A stretch of DNA of 64,000 nt from Octopus sinensis (taxonomy: Eukaryota). Under the pieces are notes generated by a model. The model saw only the letters and a program-made list of their open reading frames with translations, was not told where the DNA came from and made no database searches. Position 1 is the first letter of the stretch. Every line of letters begins with the position of its first letter. The position numbers and the translations under genes were made by a program. The stretch covers positions 48,236,001 through 48,300,000 of the forward strand of contig NC_043003.1 of assembly GCF_006345805.1 (NCBI RefSeq). Direction: 5' to 3'. Below, piece after piece: positions 1 through 10,700 of the stretch.

Positions 1-729
1 GTACAGATTCTTCGACTCTTCCAATCTTTCTCCATTCACTATATGAGTGGTCTTTTTTTCCTATTTTGGTTTTTTAGAAAATTAGTTGAGATTGAGAAAT
101 TTGATTTTGTACACTAAGTATAAAATGCCATATTGGCTTTGTAAGTTCCTGCCATTAAAGTAAGAATTGTAGCGCAGAATATTTTAATAATTACTTTTTT
201 TTTCCCTGGTTAATTAATCAATTGCTGTAAGTCGTCTGTGTCATTGTTGTTATTGTCCAAGCCATGAGCTATTATCAAAATCATTTAACTGTAACTGACA
301 TATTTTTAAGTGCAGTGTATCCAAAACGACATTAAATGATATCTTTTTTTAGGCTGTAATTTGAATGAAAATTGACTGTAATTTCTCGCTGGTTGATTCA
401 CTTCGTAAGGGTGTAGTGAAAGAAGACTTATAGATTATGCAACAAATGTGTCAAGAAATGACAGACGTGTGTCGTGAAATTAATTGTTCAAGACTAAAAT
501 ATTTTTCTCTCGGATTTTAAACGTTAAGTATTCTGACTATGTAATTTGCCGTGTTTAATACGCTATACATACAAGTGTGTCGCCAACGATAAAAGATTAT
601 ATCAGAAGAAACCACTTTGTCTGCGTGAAAACATTAAATAAATAGATAAATGTTAAATTAAGTTCGTCTGTCATTTGGTGAGGTAGAGCTACTGTCATTT
701 CAGATAAAGCTCTCTTATATTTTATCATT

Positions 730-1143
730 GGATCTTTTCGGTTTGAACGGCAGTTTTTTCTAGCGGTGTCATATGAAATTGTCACCCATAATTATGACCC
801 TAGTATCGATCTATTGCATTTCAATCTGTTTTAGGGTTATGGTTAGGGGTGGGGAAAAGGGTATCTTTTTTTCTTCACAAATGTAAGTAAACCCAATCTG
901 TTTCGTAAACGAGGGACATATTCATACGGCACAGAATGTTTTCACCTCAATAGACGTCACTGATTGGTTGAAATTGCAGAACTTGAAGAAAAAAAACAAA
1001 TATCTTACAAACTATAGAATTTTCTCAAGAAAACCAAGAGAAAAAGATGTTTTATAAACACATTCTACCAGTATACGAAGTTTAAAAGTGTTTAGTTACA
1101 TGGAAATTATTTTAAAAAACTGCTGTTCAAACCGAATAGATCC
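730..1143. mobile_element. MITE, Merlin-like ends
   Basis: 30-bp TIRs GGATCTTTTCGGTTTGAACGGCAGTTTTTT / AAAAAACTGCTGTTCAAACCGAATAGATCC (2 mismatches). Flanks TTATCATT (722-729) and TTATCATC (1144-1151) form an 8-bp TSD with 1 mismatch. GG...CC termini. No ORF. Confidence 0.8.
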
Positions 1144-1658
1144 TTATCATCTAGTATTTACGAATGTTATAATTTCTTTTTCTTCTTTGTTTTTGCATTC
1201 GTTCTCTTCGAATTTACTTTTCTTTTCCATTTCTTTCTTTTTTGTGTGTATGTGCATATAAGAAGTAATATACATTCAGCACTGCTCTGTTTTAAGCAAG
1301 GTCAGTGTTCTGCCAAGAATGAAATTCATTTTCTTCTTGTTTCTTTGCATTGTTGTAGTCCTAGCTTCAATGGTTCTTAACTGTTTTTGTAGAACCTACC
1401 ACCTTTAAGCAGTTATATCTAGTGCCCACCTAAGTGACAGTGAGATTTCACGACTAAACTAACTTAACATGAATAATTTGTAAATTTTAGTTTAACGATG
1501 GCCCCTTGTAAAAGTTTTTAACAATGAAATGATAAAAAATTAATGAAGACCAAAGTTGTGAATTTACTTTATACATTACAAGTTAATGACTTCCCTGTGC
1601 CTGATGAATTCTCATTTTATTTTAATAACCATTACTAGTTTTATTATCATCTTATATA

Positions 1659-1888
1659 TATTTCTTTACTGCCCACAAGGGGCTAAACATAAAGGGGACA
1701 AACAAGGACAGACAAAGGGATTAAGTTGATTACATTGACTCCAATGCGTAACTGGTACTTAATTTTCGACCAACGAAAGGATGAAAGGCAGTCGACCTCG
1801 GCGGAATTTGAACTCAGAACGTAACGGCAGACAAAATACGGCTACTCATTTCGCCCGGCATGCTAACATTTCTGCCAGCTCGCCGCCT
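1659..1888 (-). mobile_element. tRNA-headed SINE family B, tail type 1
   Basis: Reverse strand reads GGCGGCGAGCTGGCAG (A box)...GAGTTCAAATTCC (B box)...GGTCGAAAATTAAGTACCAG...GGGCAGTAAAGAAATA. Flanked by the direct repeat ATCATCTTATATA. Confidence 0.85.
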
Positions 1889-2055
1889 ATTATCATCATC
1901 TTATATAGTAAAACGCAATGTGTGGTGCTGTAAGTCATGCTAGGGAGAAAGAAGAGTAAGACAATCGGAGTGGGAATGGGTGTAAGTGACATGCTCAAGC
2001 AGGGGACAGCATTTAAAGGCTTTGCTCCGAAGACACTGATATTTTAATCAAAATT

Positions 2056-2330
2056 ACAAGAGCACTCAGAGAGCGCAAACCTCCACCAAGGTAACACAAA
2101 CGTCCTTAATTTTTTATTACCCACAAGGGGCAAAAAATAGAAGTTATCCATTACAAGAACAATACAAAACTCATAATCGGGGAAATAAAAATACAGAAAG
2201 AAATCGAGTAAAGAAGAAAAAATAAAAAGAACGAATGAAAATATGAAAATGATAAAATGGGCGCAATGCCCACTCGAGAACATACACAACTCTCTCATGG
2301 GATATGCTAATAACATAGACTATTTAGTTT
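2056..2330 (+). repeat. Unclassified interspersed repeat (5' part)
   Basis: Starts ACAAGAGCACTCAGAGAGCGCAAACCTCCACCAAGG; the same start recurs at about 45833. Confidence 0.5.
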
Positions 2331-2334
2331 AAAG

Positions 2335-2759
2335 TCAATTGCTTGTCATCCAACAGACTGTGGTGAACATGATCGATGTTTTCCTTGGTGGTGGCAGTTG
2401 TAGGATATTATCTTACAACTCTCAATCACCCTCCTAAATTCAGCTGCTCACTTTTGCACCATTGATAAAACTGAAGCATTATCCCCTAATGTAGCAACCA
2501 TTTCAGTATGAATGTCCTTGGGGACTAAACCCATTTTCTATTGGTACTTGGTAACACAACGATGCCACATTTTGTCCATTTTCAAGAGAAATTATTACTA
2601 GTTACTTCTGAAGTCTTCTTTGAGCAGTCAGATAGTGGTTTACCCAGAAAGAAACAATGCACCTATTAATAAGAAGAGTTGAAAGTAATGCATGCAAGAT
2701 TTCACAACTCTAGCCTCACTTCTTCATAGTCAATCTATGAACCTTTCAGGCAACCTTTG
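2335..2759 (-). mobile_element. Mariner transposon 5' fragment (dead)
   Basis: Minus strand gives MDKMWHRCVTKY..MGLVPKDIHTEMVATLGDNASVLSMVQK*AAEFRR (mariner HTH region). The terminus TA-CAAAGGTTGCCTGAAAGGTT resembles the mariner TIR at 33082. Confidence 0.7.
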
Positions 2760-2784
2760 TATGTATGTACGAATGAATTCAGCC

Positions 2785-3002
2785 AACTCTCTTTTACTCT
2801 TTTACTTGTTTCAGTCATTTGACTGCGGCCATGCTGGAGCACTGCCTTTTAGTTGAGGAAATCAGCCTCAGGACTTATTCTTTGGAAGCCTAGTACTTAT
2901 TCTATTAGTCTCTTTTGCCAAACCGCTAAGTTACGGGGTCGTAAACACACCACCATCAGTTGTCAAGCGATGCTGGGGGGGGGGGGACAAACACAGACAC
3001 AC

Positions 3003-3093
<91 letters not shown>

Positions 3094-3240
3094 TATATAC
3101 AACAGGCTTCTTTCAGTTTCCGTCTACCAAATCCACTCACAAGGCTTTGGTCAGCCCGAGGCTATAGTAGAAGACATTTGTGCCCAAGGTGCCATGTGGT
3201 TGGTAAGCAAGCTACTTACCACACAACCACTCCTGCACCT
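2785..3240 (-). mobile_element. tRNA-headed SINE family A (CORE-like, internal microsatellite)
   Basis: Reverse complement of the copy at 4045-4460, with a partly deleted head, a central (TA)n/(CA)n tract and a (GAGTAAAA)n tail. Confidence 0.85.
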
Positions 3241-4044
3241 ATCTGTAGAAGAAACTTTCATGGTTTAGTGGAGGGGAAGGCAACTGTAGCAATGCATTGT
3301 GAAGTGCAGAGAGCAAGATGAGGCAAGTAAGACATCTTGGTCATTCACTGCATCTGTCTCCATTCCCAGTTATCTTGACCTGACCTTGCCACAAGAGTGA
3401 AGACAGTGATGGTCAGAAGAATGAGGTCGATGGTGAGCAACTCTTTTTTTCACTTTAAATGAAGTCACCACTCAAGTCATCAGTCTTCCTTCAGGATGAC
3501 TAGACTGACCTTGTTGCTTTAACAGACAAACATTCATGTATGTGTGTGCATTTGTATTTGTGTGTGTATGTATTCATATGTGCATGATTGTTGACATTCC
3601 ACGGTTTTGTGTTTCATTGTCAGAGAGCAATAGTGAAATGATGTTTACATTCCTTCTTTGACATTACAACTGATCACTCTGCTTTTGAATGTCCTTTTAA
3701 ATGAAAAATCCTTTACATGAAAAACAAGGGTTGGTGACAGGAAAAGCATCTGACTGTAAAATCCTGCTTCAGATAAGTCCTCCTCTCCAACCCATACTGG
3801 TATCAAAAAGTGTATGTTAAAGGAATGCACAGTGTGTGTGTGTTGGTTGAGCTGTACTTATTTGCATGTGATTTGATCTTAAAGCAAGTGTTGAAATTAA
3901 AACAGTTTCATCATGGCCTGAGTTCTTGAATACATTGATAAAGTTGGTTACATTTAAGTTAGTCAAGGTTATGACAAACGTCTCTATGAATGAAGTAAGT
4001 AGAAAGAGTGAATTTCAAATATATCATGTAAAGAAAATATGGAT

Positions 4045-4460
4045 AGGCGCAGGAGTGGCTGTGTGGTAAGTAGCTTGCTAATCAACCACATGGTTCCAGG
4101 TTCAGTCCCACTGCATGGCATCTTGGGCAAGTGTCTCCTGCTATTGCCCCGGGCCGACCAATGCCTTGTGAGTGGATTTGGTAGACGGAAACTGAAAGAA
4201 GCCTGTCGTATATATGTATATATATATATAAGTGTGTGTATATGTTTGTGTGTCTGTGTTTGTCCCCCCAGCATTGCTTGACAACCGATGCTGGTGTGTT
4301 TACGTCCCCGTCACTTAGCGGTTCGGCAAAAGAGACCGATAGAATAAGTACTGGGCTTACAAAGAGTAAGTCCCGGGGTCGATTTGCTCGACTAAAGGCG
4401 GTGCTCCAGTATGGCCGCAGTCAAATGACTGAAACAAGTAAAAGAGAAAAAAGAGTAAAA
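4045..4460 (+). mobile_element. tRNA-headed SINE family A, complete copy
   Basis: A box TGGCTGTGTGG, B box GGTTCAGTCCC, CORE-like GGCATCTTGGGCAAGTGTC, central TA/TG microsatellite, 3' half ending GAAACAAGTAAAAGAG. Other copies at about 13425-13815(-), 14770-15170(-), 29534-29945(+), 32158-32555(+), 33230-33483(-), 37072-37505(-), 37525-37960(-), 42057-42380(-), 44870-45120(-), 55215-55390(-). May correspond to published octopus OR-type CORE-SINEs (unverified). Confidence 0.9.
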
Positions 4461-4594
4461 TATATTTACTAAAGAGTATTCTTTTGAGACATTGTAACGT
4501 TTGGTTGTTTATCCTAGCCAGCTGATGTTGATAAAGGCAGATTCACTTTACTTTATTTTCTAGTTTGTACTAGCAATGAAAAAAATCCATTGAT

Positions 4595-5375
4595 CAAGTT
4601 TATTAGAATCATTAGAGCCTCAGACAGTATGTATTTGAACGCTTAACTTTTTGAGTTCAAATCCTGCCAGGGTCAACTTTACCCTTCATTCCCCTAGAGC
4701 CAATAAAATAAACAGTCACTTAAGTACTGGGTCAATTTAAATTGACTAATCATCTTCCCTAAATTTCAGGCCTTCTGCTTATTTTAGAAACAATTATTTA
4801 GGGCAGTGAATTGGCAGAATCATTAATATTGGATAAAATGCCACGTGGTATGTCTTTCAATTTTTTACTTTCTGTGTTCAAATCCCTCCAAGATCAATGT
4901 TGCTGTTCATTCTTTCAGGATCAACAAAATAAAGTACATTTCATGTACCCTCTCATCAAATTGCTGGCTTTGTACTGAGATCAGAAACCATTGTTATTAT
5001 TATTAAGACCCAAATCTGAGTTCAACTGAGATCAACCCTCTCAGGGTTGATAAAATATGTCAAAGTTGAGCGCTGGAGTTGATGCAATTGACAAAGACCC
5101 CTCACCACAAATTTCAGATCTCATGCCTATAGTATATAGGATTATTATTGATTGGCTGGCAGAATCGTTAGTGTGCCAGACAAAATGCTTAGTGGCATTC
5201 TGTCCGCCTTTACATTCTGAGTTCAAATTCCACTGAGATTGACTTTGCCTTTCATCCTTTCGGGGTCGATAAAATAAGTACCAGTCAAGCAGTGGGGTCA
5301 ATGTTATTGACTGCCCACCTCCACTCCCAGATTTCAGGCCTTGTGCCTCTCGTAGAAAGGACTATTATAATTATT
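4595..5375. mobile_element. Cluster of SINE family B copies (tail type 2)
   Basis: Repeated GAGTTCAAAT...TTTGCCTTTCATCCTTT...GATAAAATAAGTACCAG modules; the best copy is 5153-5375, ending GTAGAAAGGA(TTA)n. Confidence 0.75.
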
Positions 5376-6142
5376 CTTATTTTCACAAAATAAGAATAAA
5401 GTAAGAGTGAATATTGTAGTGTATGTCTCGTTTTTTTTCCAGTGATTACAATGATGCTATTGTTACATGTATGTTTACATACACATCTGGATGCACAAAC
5501 ATGGGAAAAAGGACTCAATACCTGAGTAGAGTTTATTTATTTGAAGCTGTTGGTTTGCCCATCATCACTCAGTTTATTGCTATATACAATCTTTTAGGCA
5601 ACAACAACCAATCATCAGAAAGATTAATTTTTCTGTTGCTACTCAGAGGAAAACCCTTGGTAGCAATGGAGTGAATCATCAGCTCTGGAAGAATAAATAG
5701 TACTCAGACCCATCTTGGATAATAACTATATGAACTAGTGTTGACTGTAATTATAAAAATATTATATAGAATTTTTTTTTTGTTATATATGAAAGCATTT
5801 GCTTAGTTCCCTTTGTTTGGCCCAATGTTACTTTATATATTTACTCCCTCATGGCTGACTACTATTTATAGTGCAACAGAACAAGTATCTGTCTTTATCA
5901 ACACTGGCTGAGGAGACAAACAGCTGTCAAAACATTATGATGTCCCCACAGAATATTCTTAGATAAACATATCCCTATATTCTTTATAGTATAATCAAGA
6001 TTTACTCATTCTGTATATTTCAAACACAATGGAAGAAAAAAGAAAAAAACTAAAATAGCTGTAGAGCACTCTCTGTAGATAAATGCCATATTTAGACTAA
6101 TTAAGATATACTGTGTATAGCACATGTCTATCTAGTTCACAT

Positions 6143-6180
<38 letters not shown>

Positions 6181-6181
<1 letters not shown>

Positions 6182-6840
6182 CGAGGCAATGACTAGTGAC
6201 CAAGACCTTTGGAAATATGCTGTGCGTGAGAAGATCTGGCAAGCCAAGTGAGAGTATAACCCGTGGCTTATGCCAGGTGTGTAACCAGCCCACTTATGCG
6301 TACCTTTCCTTCATTGGACACTAAACTCTGCTTGCAAAGACCTGTTGAGGCAAGTGAAATCAAAATCAAATTCAATGACTGGCATCCATGCTAGTGGAGC
6401 GCTAAGAGCACCATCTGAACGTGATTGTTGCCAGAGCAGCTGACTGGCTTCCGTGCCGGTGGCACGTAAAAAGCATGATTTGAGCGTGATGGTTACCAGA
6501 GTCGCCACCTGTGCCGGTGGCATGTGAAAAAATATTCAAGTGAGGTTGTTGCCAGTGCCGCTGGACTGGCTCCTGTGCAGGTGGCACATAAAAAACACCA
6601 TTTGAGTGTGGCTGTTGCCAGTTCTGCCTAACTGGCCCTTCTGCCGGTGGCACATAAAAGCACCCACTACACTCTCAAAGTGGTTGACGTTAGGAAGAAC
6701 ATCAAGCTGTAGAAACTCTGCCAGATCAGATTGGAGCCTGGTGCAGCCATCTGGTTCGCCAGTCCTCAGTCAAATCATCCGACCCATGCCAGCATGGAAA
6801 GCAGACGTTAAACGATGATGATAATGATGATTATGATGAT
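6181..6840 (+). mobile_element. RTE LINE 3' end (end of ORF2, 3' UTR, (GAT)n tail)
   Basis: 6181-6370 matches 62365-62550 of the near-full-length RTE. It continues into about four GTGCCGGTGGCAC hairpin units and ends GTTAAACGATGATGAT. Confidence 0.85.
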
Positions 6841-7214
6841 ATATATATAAACTATAAACACACCACTTCTGTTATATTGGGTCATAACTGTTGTTTACAT
6901 TCGCCCACTGTTTATATGTTTCTGGTGCTCAGCTGTAATGAACTCCATTTATTAAAACCACATTCAGCATCTTCCTCTCCTTGAAAACCACTTGAATGTG
7001 GATAGTACTACTTATGCTGTATTGACATAACCAGTTGATGAGTTGTGTTTTCACCTTCCCACACTGACACCACCACCACCACCACTGACTCCCACTCTGT
7101 TGCAGCAAATACTAATGTACAATTATTTATAGTTACTTCAAAGGAAGGTTTTACTCTCACAGAAATGACTGAATGACAGTCGTTGTTCTTGTTGTTATTA
7201 TTATTGTTGATAAT

Positions 7215-7425
7215 TAACCCTTTAAAATTCAGATTATATAATGTTTATTTATTCACATTGTTTTGAATTAATTATGCATTATATTGTAGCTTTGTAATTC
7301 TTTTGATGTGATTGTTTAATTTTATGACATGGTAGGCTAAGTGTGAGGAGCCACATCTGACCAGTTCAAACATAAAACACAAAAATTTTGAGCCAGATAT
7401 GACCAGATTAATTGCTAAAAGGTTA
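7215..7425. mobile_element. piggyBac-like MITE family 1
   Basis: TTAA-CCCTTTA...CTAAAAGGTTAG. The same family occurs at about 18355-18566, 25528-25803, 35051-35269, 48660-49058 and 56600-56834. Confidence 0.7.
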
Positions 7426-7487
7426 GCCTTATGTCGACCTTGAATAATCAAACATTTTATCTAAGGCATTTCAGCCATCACTATAAT

Positions 7488-7745
7488 GGAGGCACATGGC
7501 TTAGTAGTTAGGGTGTTGGACTCATGATTGTAAGATTGTGGTTTCAATTCCTGGACTGGGCGATGCATTGTGTTCTTGAGTAAAAAAACTTCATTTCATG
7601 TTGCTCCAGTTCACTCAACTGTAGAAATGAGTTTAACCTGGAGAGGGATTGGCTCCACCAGGCTTTTTTGCCCTAGATATGTTGCATGGCTGCAGTGTCC
7701 AAACGACCCTCAGGGGGTTAAGGGACTTGTCAAATTGTCATCCTA
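7488..7745 (+). mobile_element. tRNA-headed SINE family C
   Basis: GGAGGCACATGGCTTAGTAG (A box)...GGTTTCAATTCC (B box)...GTTGCTCCAGTTCACTCAACTG. Its 3' part recurs at 10510-10665; other copies at 12465-12718(-) and 18687-18845(+). Confidence 0.8.
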
Positions 7746-8513
7746 ACTGCTTTTGTTATATAATGTACCTTGAATAACACTACCCAATGTGGCTTTTCTG
7801 TTTTTTTAAAAATTTTACTTGAAGGATATTTTGCTGGCATTTCTTGCAGATTGAGCAGCCACATAGAGGCTCTCTTGTTGGTTCAAATGGTTGAATGCGT
7901 ATGCATAGTTAAGGCGTTTACATTTTAAAATAAATTGATGTGTAAAGAAAATAATTAATGAAAAAAATAAATAAAACACAGCAATGTGTTTCTAATAATT
8001 CAGTTCTGTACAATGAATGATGGAGATTGGGGACTAAAGAAATTTCCCAGATGATCATAAATGACTATAATACAATAGACATACTGCATTATTTGTTTCA
8101 ACTTCAGAATTTTTCAGTTCAACATATACTAAAAGAAAAGTGCATAGAGGATTGTGTTTCAGTTAGTAAATATAAAACTAACCTGTCATTTAAATGTGTC
8201 ATTGAAATTTTTTCTATAAATAAATGCTCGACACACACCCTGTTTTATTATTCATGGGAAGCAATGAAAAATGTAGAGACTCAATATGATGATGTGATTG
8301 CTAAAAATAATATCCAAATCTCCCAGTGTGTGTGTGTGTGTGTGTGTATATGCCAATAAACACATTTGTTAGGATGAATATTACCAACTAATTTGCTACA
8401 TTCTTATGTTCACTGCCCATACAGGTGTAGGGAAGGTTTAGACAATAGAATCCATCCCAGTAAAATGCAATGGCTGTGTATAGAATATATCACCTGTGAC
8501 AAAATATACCTAT

Positions 8514-8743
8514 ACTAGCACTATGACCCAATCAAAATGCCCGAAACTTGATACGCCAATTGAATGCCTGCTAGCTGTATGTGATTGTATGCTGTATGTG
8601 TTGCCGGGTCATAGTGCTAGTGCATGCATATACAGCTGCGTGTGTGCGCACATACACACGAGTACTGTCCAAATCTCTGACCAATCACATACAGATAGCT
8701 GGCATTCAATTGGCGTATCAAGTTTCAGGCATTTTGATTGGGT
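8514..8743. mobile_element. Small non-autonomous element with two overlapping inverted-repeat pairs
   Basis: Perfect 16-bp IR ACTAGCACTATGACCC (8514-8529) / GGGTCATAGTGCTAGT (8606-8621), plus a 62-bp IR 8526-8587 / 8682-8743 with 3 mismatches. Confidence 0.7.
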
Positions 8744-8964
8744 TTTGGATAGAAAATTCACAAAAAAGTAACTTCTATTAATTTTTTAATGGCTTTGCGT
8801 GGTGACTGGGGAAATGTAAAGATGTGCACAACAACCTTTGGACGGTTTTGAATGACCATAGAAAGTGCAAGCCCTCTAACTGAAAAATTGTGGATTTGTA
8901 TAAAGGACACGTGCACACACACACATTTTGCCATTTATATATATAGAGATTATATAAAACTACC

Positions 8965-9002
<38 letters not shown>

Positions 9003-9196
9003 CAAAAAGAACAGAACAAGAACATAATGGATGACAATGAAAACATATGGACAGATGGACGATACAAAGTTGGACAGGAAAATCAGGACGGAACATTCAT
9101 GGCTTTCTATTCATCAATAAATATATATAATCAGATATCAGAAAGCAGAACCAAAATTGAGGTCGATCAACATCAGTGGAAATTGCAACTCTGGTT

Positions 9197-9560
9197 AAGC
9201 GAACCATCCGAGCGTGACCGTTGCTGGTGCTGCCCCGTTTGGCCTCTGTGCCGGTGGCACGTAAAAGCACCATCCATTCGTGTCCGTTGCCAGCCTCGCC
9301 TGGCCCCCGTGCCGGTGGCACGTAAAAGCACCATCCGTTCGTGGCCGTTTGCCAGCTCTGTCTGGCACCTGTGCGGGTGGCATGTAAAAAGCACCCACTA
9401 CACTCACGGAGTGGTTGGCGTTAGGAAGGGCATCCAGCCGTAGAAACACTGCCAGATCAGACTGGGCCTGATGCGGCCTTCCGGCTTCACAGACCCCAGT
9501 TGAACTGTCCAACCCATGCTAGCATGGAAAGCGGACGCTAAATGATGATGATGATGATGA
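9197..9560 (+). mobile_element. 5'-truncated RTE 3' UTR copy
   Basis: Hairpin units GTGCCGGTGGCACGTAAAAGCACC, then TTGGCGTTAGGAAGGGCATCCAGC and a (GAT)n tail. Further copies at about 12040-12320, 15600-15866, 28110-28415, 36601-36810, 40250-40460, 58310-58560. Confidence 0.85.
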
Positions 9561-10669
9561 TATATATATATATACAGCTGAAATTTATAGAAAAGTAAAA
9601 GATGAAGACAGGTGTATGAACAACAAGCAGGTGTATTAATTTAACGCTCAGGAAAATGAAAAAGTCTTTTATGTTTTGAGCTTACGCTCTTCAACAGAAA
9701 GGAATAAGAGAAAATAAACAGAAAGAGAATGAAAAAAAACTTGAAGATTTAGCGGTCAGGCATGGTGAATGATTAGAAAAAAAGCTTGAAAGAAAGAGAG
9801 ATAATAAAGTGCTGGTGATCCTAAATGAAGATGCGTGTGCATGTGTGTGTATCTGAGAATGGTGTGGGTAAGATGAGACAAGTGACTCTATTGTGTGTGA
9901 GTGTGCATGTCTGTAATGTGTATGTGTTGTGTGTAGCAGTTCAGGTGTATGTTTTCACATGGTGTATTTACATATGTGTGTGTGTATGTGACCAAACAGT
10001 GTGCATGTGTATGGTGTATATATGTGTATATATGAGAGAAAATCAGGGAAGAAATGAAGGAGGTAAGGCTACAAATACAAGTGAGAGGGCGAGAGAGAAA
10101 AAAGGGGGAAATTGTCATGCTAGAAATAGAAGTAAGAGGGCGAGAGACAAAAGGGGAAAGAGTGTATATTCTGTGTGACTCTACTCTTGCTTTCACTCTT
10201 TCTCCTTTTTTCGCTTGCCCTCTTACTTCTATTTCTAGCCTGTTCACTTTCCCCCTTTTTTTCCCTCTCTCTTGCAGATTCTAGATGTGTTGCTTTTACA
10301 TACTAAATTTGCTTGGTAGTATATAAGGTGGGGGTTAATGGGCAATGTAATCTGAAAGCTTTGTTGATGTAATTGAGTGTTAGAACGGTGCAGGTGGGGT
10401 GTTTTTTTATTGTGGAAACCATTATGTATTTTTGTGCAATGATCAGAACTGAATGTAGCCCTCTCTCTCTCCTTTGTTGTCACTTTGATTTACTGCTGGG
10501 TAGAAATCTCTCTTCATTTCATGTTGCTCCAGTCCACTCAGCTGTAGAAATGAATTTAGCCTGGTGAGTGATGGGTTCTGCCAGGCTTTCTGTCCTTGAT
10601 ATGCTGCATGACTGCAGTGCCCCAACGACCCCTAAGGGATTAAAAGACTTGTCAAATTATCAATGGGTC

Positions 10670-10700
<31 letters not shown>

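Noticed and set aside
831-856. Interstitial telomere (also 36254-36266)
   Set aside because: Only 2-3 imperfect TTAGGG units, and at 831 they are internal to a MITE.
4045-4130. Functional tRNA genes at SINE heads
   Set aside because: A and B boxes are present, but there is no complete cloverleaf and they run directly into SINE bodies.
2853-4472. Recurrent ORFs with CSGTEPGTMW / FFQFPSTKSTHKAL / HTYIYI motifs as a gene family
   Set aside because: They are reading frames through SINE family A and its microsatellite and recur wherever the SINE does.
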